A stretch of DNA of 64,000 bases from contig NW_026889793.1 of the NCBI RefSeq assembly GCF_033153115.1, positions 186,001 to 250,000 of the forward strand, in the 5' to 3' direction. Positions 63,188 to 64,000 of the stretch are shown piece by piece. Position numbers and translations under genes: made by a program. This DNA comes from Saccostrea echinata. Taxonomy: Eukaryota. Every line of letters begins with the position of its first letter. Position 1 is the first letter of the stretch. The notes under the pieces are model-generated. The model was not told the origin of the DNA. It worked only from the letters and a program-made list of their open reading frames with translations, and searched no databases.

Positions 63188-64000
63188 CTAAGATATCTGT
63201 CACATAAACATGTTAAGTGATCGTTTGTACAAAATTAAGAGATGGTGAAATCTTAATGTCAACTTTTCATATTTATAAATAAACATAGTCTTTCAATTGA
63301 AAAGTAAATTATTTCGATTTTTTATTGACTATTGCACGCTAACATTTCTGTTAAAGTAATTTCGCATGTGATTAACATTTTAAAAAATATCAACGTATTT
63401 AATTTGACATATATATTTGGAGATATGCATAACACAAGAATTCTGGTTAATAAAGATATCTTGCATAACACGAGTAAACTGGTTATTAACGATAACATAA
63501 ATGTTTATCATCAAAAGACTCGAATAAGTATCGGTATCACGGTCGAACAAATAGACAAATTGCTCAATGACCATCTTTTGTGTTGCAAAAACATGTTCCT
63601 TGATTTATTTTTATAAACTTCTCTTACATTTCTATGTATTGCGAAAATTGACAACATCGCAAAACTTCGCTTTAATTCACTTAGTGTTGCCTTTCTGCGT
63701 AAGATTTAAGGTTTTAAGTTTCGTAATTAGCAGATTCTCCGTGGTTTTGGCTAAGAAAAAGTACATTTATACCGATAGTATTTTTCTCTTCTAAAAACTT
63801 ACAGACCGCATCACTTTAATACTGCTTTCATGTATACATCAAATAAAGGCAAAGGAAGTCCCATCCATTATTTTTTTACGTAAGAAAAATAGGACACGAC
63901 AACTTATGTATATACTTTGGCTAAAGAAAACATACATTAATGTGTCTAGTACTTTCCATTTACAATACAAACGGAAATTAAGTTAGAGACATTTTACATT

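Overview
AT-rich, intron-containing, repeat-dense animal DNA. The gene and repeat families suggest an oyster-type bivalve (inference). Main content: (1) two spliced molluscan insulin-related peptide genes of the 8-Cys, 4-disulfide type, arranged head-to-head about 38.5 kb apart (minus strand 14956-14269, 175 aa; plus strand 53504-54820, 168 aa with a C-terminal extension); (2) a B-box/coiled-coil/NHL TRIM-like gene at 3436-5153 broken by five frameshifts, with an AP-1/NF-kB/ISRE motif cluster upstream; (3) a young, 5'-truncated Penelope-like retroelement, probably Naiad clade (34330-36780, open RT frame of about 740 codons), plus about a dozen decayed or 3'-end-only relatives sharing a structured 3' UTR; (4) many non-autonomous elements: a Ginger-like TGT...ACA element with CCGG target duplication inside a tRNA-SINE, four tRNA/Meta-core SINEs, nested Helentron-like (HINE) elements with satellite repeats, foldback MITEs with palindromic arrays, and long-hairpin elements. 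There are three assembly gaps, and no CRISPR, rRNA or intact tRNA. Most short ORFs in the supplied track look spurious. Repeat boundaries were read by eye and are approximate.
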